DNA of 64,000 nt, from assembly GCA_965645245.1 (NCBI GenBank), contig OZ287086.1:1116001-1180000 (forward strand). Direction: 5' to 3'. Every line of letters starts with the position of its first letter. Position 1 is the stretch's first letter. Below, piece by piece: positions 61,601 to 64,000 of the stretch. The notes below the pieces were generated by a model. It was not told where the DNA came from and made no database searches. It saw only the letters and a program-made list of their open reading frames with translations. A program made the translations under genes and the position numbers. Source of the stretch: Massalongia carnosa (taxonomy: Eukaryota).

Positions 61601-64000
61601 GACAGCGTTCAAAACACGATTTGGTCTCTATGAGTACAACGTAATGCCCTTTGGACTATGTGGAGGACCCGGCTCCTTTCAGCTTTACATCAACGATGTT
61701 CTTAGGGAAAATCTCGACGCCTTCTGCACTGCCTATATTGATGATATTCTGATTTACAGCAAGTCAGTCAAGGAACACAAGATTCATGTACGAAAGGTGC
61801 TAGAAGCGCTTCGAGCCGCTGGACTTCAGTTAGACATTGCGAAATGCGAGTTCTTCGTTATCGAGACTACCTACCTGGGACTGATAATCTCCGACAAGGG
61901 TATACGTATGGACCCTTAGAAAGTTCTGGCCGTCAAAGAATGGGCCTCGCCAAGGAACGTTAGAGATATTCAGGCCTTTGTGGGATTTGCCAACTTCTAT
62001 CGTCGTTTCGTCAGAGGATTCTCTGAAATAGCCTCCCCACTGATCAAGTTGACGCGAAAGAACACTGTCTTTGCCTGGAATCAGGAGTGCGAGAAAGCCT
62101 TTCAGGCCCTAAAGGATGCTTTTGCCAGCGATCAGGTCTTGATGCATTTTGACCCAGAGAAGAAAATTATAGTTGAAGTCGATGCCTCCGACTGGGTAGT
62201 TGGGGAGTTCTGTCACAGTACGATGATGAGGGAGTATTGAGGCCGGTAGCCTTTTTCTCCAAGAAACATTCCCCTGCAGAAATCAATTATGAAATCTATG
62301 ACAGAGGACTCATGGCTATCGTTCGTGCTTTTGAGGAATGGCGATCAGAGCTCGAAGGGGCTGCCTTTCCCATTCATGTCATTTCGGATCACAAGAAGCT
62401 AGAGTACTTCATGACAACCCAGCAGCTAAGTCGCCGTCAAGCTCGTTGGTCAGAGTATCTTTCTCGTTTCGACTTCAAGATCGTGTACCGCTCAGGAAAG
62501 AGTGGAGGAAAGCCAGACGCACTGACTAGAAGGTCTCAAGACCTACCTGAAGGGGAGGATGACTCTCGACTGAAAGTTCAACATCAAGTGGTCTTGAAAC
62601 CTCGGAGTCTGAACTTCTGAGCAATAGTGTAGACAACGCTAGTCAAGTTGACAGCCGACAAACGGAGCGGGAGGAGGCCGAACGGACTCTGGAAGAACTC
62701 TGGACGGAAGGCCTTCAGGTCGATCCCTTTCCAACGAAGATTCTGGGACTATTGCGAGACAAAGTAAGCCACTCGAAGGAATCTCCCTGGCGGAGTGCGA
62801 AGAAATCAATGGTTAACTGCATTATCGAGGGAAGATGTACGTCCCGGACTCACATGCACCGAAAATGAAGCTCTGTAGAATAATGCACGATAGTCCAGTG
62901 GCGGGACACCTAGGGAGAGCGAAAACTTTTGATCTTATGCAACGTCAGTACTATTGGCCTCGATTTTAGCAGTTCATAGCCAAGTATGTGAAGCACTGCC
63001 ATGTTTGCACTTGAAGTAAGACCTCTCGTCAAGGAAAGATAGGAGTTCTCAGACCCCTACCAGTACCAGAACAACGCTGGCAGGATATTTCAGTGGACTT
63101 CGTCACCGTTCTGCCCGAGAGCAAGGGATACGATGCGATCATGGTAGTGGTTGACCGTCTTTCCAAGAGACGTCACTTTTCGCCATGCCTCACCACTCTC
63201 GATGTCGAGGGCCTCGCCGCACTGTTCTTGAGGGATATATGGAAATTACACGGACTGCCTCGGACAATCATCTCGGATCGAGGAGTGCTTTTCGTCGCGG
63301 ACTTCTGGAAATCATTGTGCAAACGTTTGGGAACTCAAGGTCTTCTGTCTACAGCCTTTCACCCGGAAACCGACGGGCAGACGGAGCGAGTCAATTCCTC
63401 CATGGAACAATATCTGCGGATGCACTCCGATGACTTACAGGATGATTGGGTTGACTGGTTGCCGCTGGTAGAGTTCACGGGCAATAACACGACCTCGGAA
63501 ACCACTGGCTTCAGCCCCTTCTTTGCCGAAATGGGATTTCACCCTCGTATGGGTTTCGAATCTGTAGAACAAGTATAGTCAACCGCCAGTCTCAACGCTG
63601 AGAGCTTCGTCACCAGAATGCAGGAAATAAGCAGAAAGCTTCAAGAAGAAATGCAATTTTCGCAGGCAAAATATGAGTCGAATGCCGATGAACATCGAAT
63701 CCCCGCTCCGGTTTATAAAGTAGGAGACACCGTATGGCTAAATGCTAAAAACATACGTACTCAGAGACCTACTCGCAAACTGGACTGGAAGAAGCCCGGT
63801 CCCGTCAGAGTGTCCCAAGTCGTCAGCAAATACGCGTATCGCCTCGACCTTCCTTCCGGTATGAAAATCCATCCAGTGTTCCATGTCTCACCCCTGACCC
63901 CTGTTCCTCTTGACCCGCACCCTGGCCATATTCCTTCAGCTCCCCCAGCAGTCCTCGTCGAGGGCGAGAAAGAATATGAAGTGGAGGAAATTCTCGATTC
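58636..64000 (+). mobile_element. Degenerate Ty3/gypsy chromovirus (5' LTR ~58636-58901, gag ~58956-60202, fragmented pol), runs past window end
   Basis: Gag CRYCGESGHFATNC; pol fragments ALIDCGA, YIDD, EVDASD, ISDRG, DGQTER, start of chromodomain EYEVEEILD; many stops and frameshifts. Confidence 0.92.

Overview
Filamentous-ascomycete (Pezizomycotina-type) genomic DNA with spliceosomal introns, in two halves. About 4.2-24.9 kb holds a compact 8-gene specialised-metabolism cluster with no NRPS/PKS backbone gene in the window. Its genes are an MFS (MCT-type) transporter, a divergent betaine-lipid-synthase (BTA1)-like methyltransferase, a phenol-2-monooxygenase-type flavoprotein, a family-3 O-methyltransferase, and a complete keto-acid chain-elongation cassette (aconitase/isopropylmalate isomerase, branched-chain aminotransferase, isopropylmalate synthase, isopropylmalate dehydrogenase) resembling the echinocandin hty and AM-toxin AMT5-8 genes. 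About 25-64 kb is dominated by transposons: a full-length Tad1-like LINE, a pogo nested in a pogo, two Ty3/gypsy elements, a Tc1 element, several solo LTRs and MITE-like elements. This half also contains a patatin-NB-ARC-TPR NLR with near-identical 126-bp repeats and two internal stops, a NACHT-associated/ankyrin pseudogene, and a probable relic of a Starship captain (DUF3435) C-terminus. The best candidate for an undescribed system is the cluster, which may make a hydroxylated/O-methylated, N-methylated (betaine-type) homologated aromatic amino acid. All homology calls are by motif recognition only; no searches were run.
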